From Octopus bimaculoides (Eukaryota), in contig NC_068996.1 in assembly GCF_001194135.2 (NCBI RefSeq), positions 23,252,767-23,302,893 of the forward strand: a DNA stretch of 50,127 nt, read 5' to 3'. The position numbers were made by a program, and so were the translations under genes. Below the pieces are notes generated by a model. That model did no database searches and was not told where the DNA came from. It worked only from the letters and a program-made list of their open reading frames with translations. Shown here piece after piece: positions 45,742 through 50,127 of this stretch; the first letter of the stretch is position 1; each line of letters begins with the position of its first letter.

Positions 45742-47326
45742 AAATGAAAATGGAAGGACAATACCCTAAGGAGTGGCTAGAGGAAAATTTAAGGTAAGGG
45801 AATTTAGGTCAAGATATTGGAGAATTATTAAGAATATATCTATTCGTTTGTATATTTAGAATACAACAAACTAAAGTACTAAATTTAAAACCATAGAGAA
45901 CATTAATAGTTAAATTAGAATAAGACAAACATTTATAGTAAAAATAAGATATACATTTATGTGGGGTAGTAGAAGAGAGATATTATAAGAAAAACCTATA
46001 AGAGAAGATATCAATGGCCAAAACAAATCAAAGTGAGGTGGGGGGGGGGAAGAAGAAGGAGAAGGCAAAAAGGGGAGGAATAAAGTTAGAAAATCAGGAC
46101 TAAACTAAGAGTATTAAAGCTATGGTTTCAGAATTGATAATATGGTAGAAGAGACTTAGAATTAGCTAGAGAGATGTAGGAATATTATCAGTGGGTTGGA
46201 AAAGGTTAAAATGTATTCCAAAATTATACTTTAAAGTTATAACTTAAATAAAGTAGTTAATAGTCTGGGAAACGAAAGAGATTAAAATAATATATTATTA
46301 GCAATGTTTACTTTTTAAAATATTTAAAGGTGCGAGAGTAACAATGTACACATAGAACCCTAAGGTCAGATATATTGTTAATTAGATTAGGATTATCTTT
46401 AAGTTTAAAAATTTCATAAATTTTCATAGAGCACAGTCCACAGCCATATCTACTATTTCTATAGGTTTGTGCCCTCCTGATGATTTCCCATTTAAGGTTA
46501 AAATCGATACTATTTTCCTTCAATTCCCAAATTTTATTAGATAATGATGTGCTATTGGCCTTATGTTTAAGTTTGAATGAGGAAAAATGATTGTATAATC
46601 GCTGTTTAAGATTGATTGTACAACCAACATAAATGTAATTATTAGTTGGAGTAGTTACTGTACATGTATAGACCACGTTACGGCAGAATTCATAAACAAA
46701 CAATAGCCTACAACCTCCATACACTACACCATTTTTATGCGCTATATGATCGATAAACCCTGGGTAGGGGTGGGGATGGCATTTGGCTCTTAGAAGTGTT
46801 TGCGGGAGACAACCAAGAATGCCAGACGATAGGAACTTATGGTAAAGGTGGAGAGGGGGATATCAAGAGCCAGCAAGTTTAGGCGAGAGCCACTTCTGCA
46901 CTTTTACACTATGGTGGAAAAATTTAGAGAGAATGAGTTAAAGAAATGATAAACTTGAATAAAATTAAATAAACAAATAAAATGTGGCAATTAACGGATA
47001 TGCATGAATTTAAGACAAATAAGGAAGACGAATCAATCGGGCTATGTTTACATTGTAAAGAAATAGATAGATAGATTTGGCATTTATAAGCAGTCCTCTT
47101 TCCCTTTTTCTGGCAAGGATGTAGTCAATTTGGCTAGTGTGTCTGGGGCGGGGTATAGGGTTATGATCTATGCAGAAACAGGAGTACATGAACGAGGTTG
47201 AAAGAAAAAGTTCTTATCTATTCATCTTCTGGATTTCGTATTCTGTCAGCAGAGGAACTTAAACTCGATTAGGAGAAGTAGAATATTGAGCTATTTTATA
47301 TTTTATATAGAGTTAGGGTTGGGTTA
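45742..47326 (-). mobile_element. Penelope-like element fragment with intact GIY-YIG endonuclease frame
   Basis: ORF 46308-46724 NVVYTCTV..IYVGCT..LKQRLYNHFSSF..STSLSNKIWELKE..LKWEII..CGLC..LIN..CVH; (TA)n at the left edge. Confidence 0.75.
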
Positions 47327-47339
47327 NNNNNNNNNNATA

Positions 47340-50090
<2,751 letters not shown>

Positions 50091-50127
50091 ATATATTCAT
50101 ATATATATATCCATATATATATATTCA

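Overview
AT-rich animal genomic DNA, most likely from an octopod cephalopod (inferred from the SINE families, the microsatellite load and the mariner/Penelope relics; not proven). There are six N-gaps: 382-391, 5576-6434, 37944-38256, 44077-44271, 45277-45376 and 47327-47336. The centre holds one host gene on the + strand, a KDM2 (KDM2A/B, FBXL10/11-type) H3K36 demethylase with JmjC, CXXC zinc finger, PHD, F-box and LRR domains. Fourteen coding exons can be chained by hand from 17171 to the stop at 34043 with GT-AG sites and consistent phases. Candidate first coding exons lie at 10536-10619 and 11227-11256. An extra exon at 27114-27293 could end an isoform lacking the F-box/LRRs. The flanks and introns contain three tRNA-type SINE families, L1/Tx1-like and CR1-like LINE fragments, four Tc1/mariner relics, several foldback MITEs, telomere-repeat-cored elements and two Penelope-like (RT/GIY-YIG) units. 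Highlights: (1) a minimal type I hammerhead ribozyme with a compensatory U3-A8 core in a 300-bp foldback in KDM2 intron 1, where the copy on the KDM2 sense strand is the broken one; (2) the possible JmjC-CXXC-PHD-only isoform; (3) a perfect DR1 element and a TACGTGC (HRE-like) minisatellite around the first exon; (4) a fully resolved 944-bp foldback transposon with an 8-bp TSD. All coordinates were read by hand; repeat boundaries are approximate.
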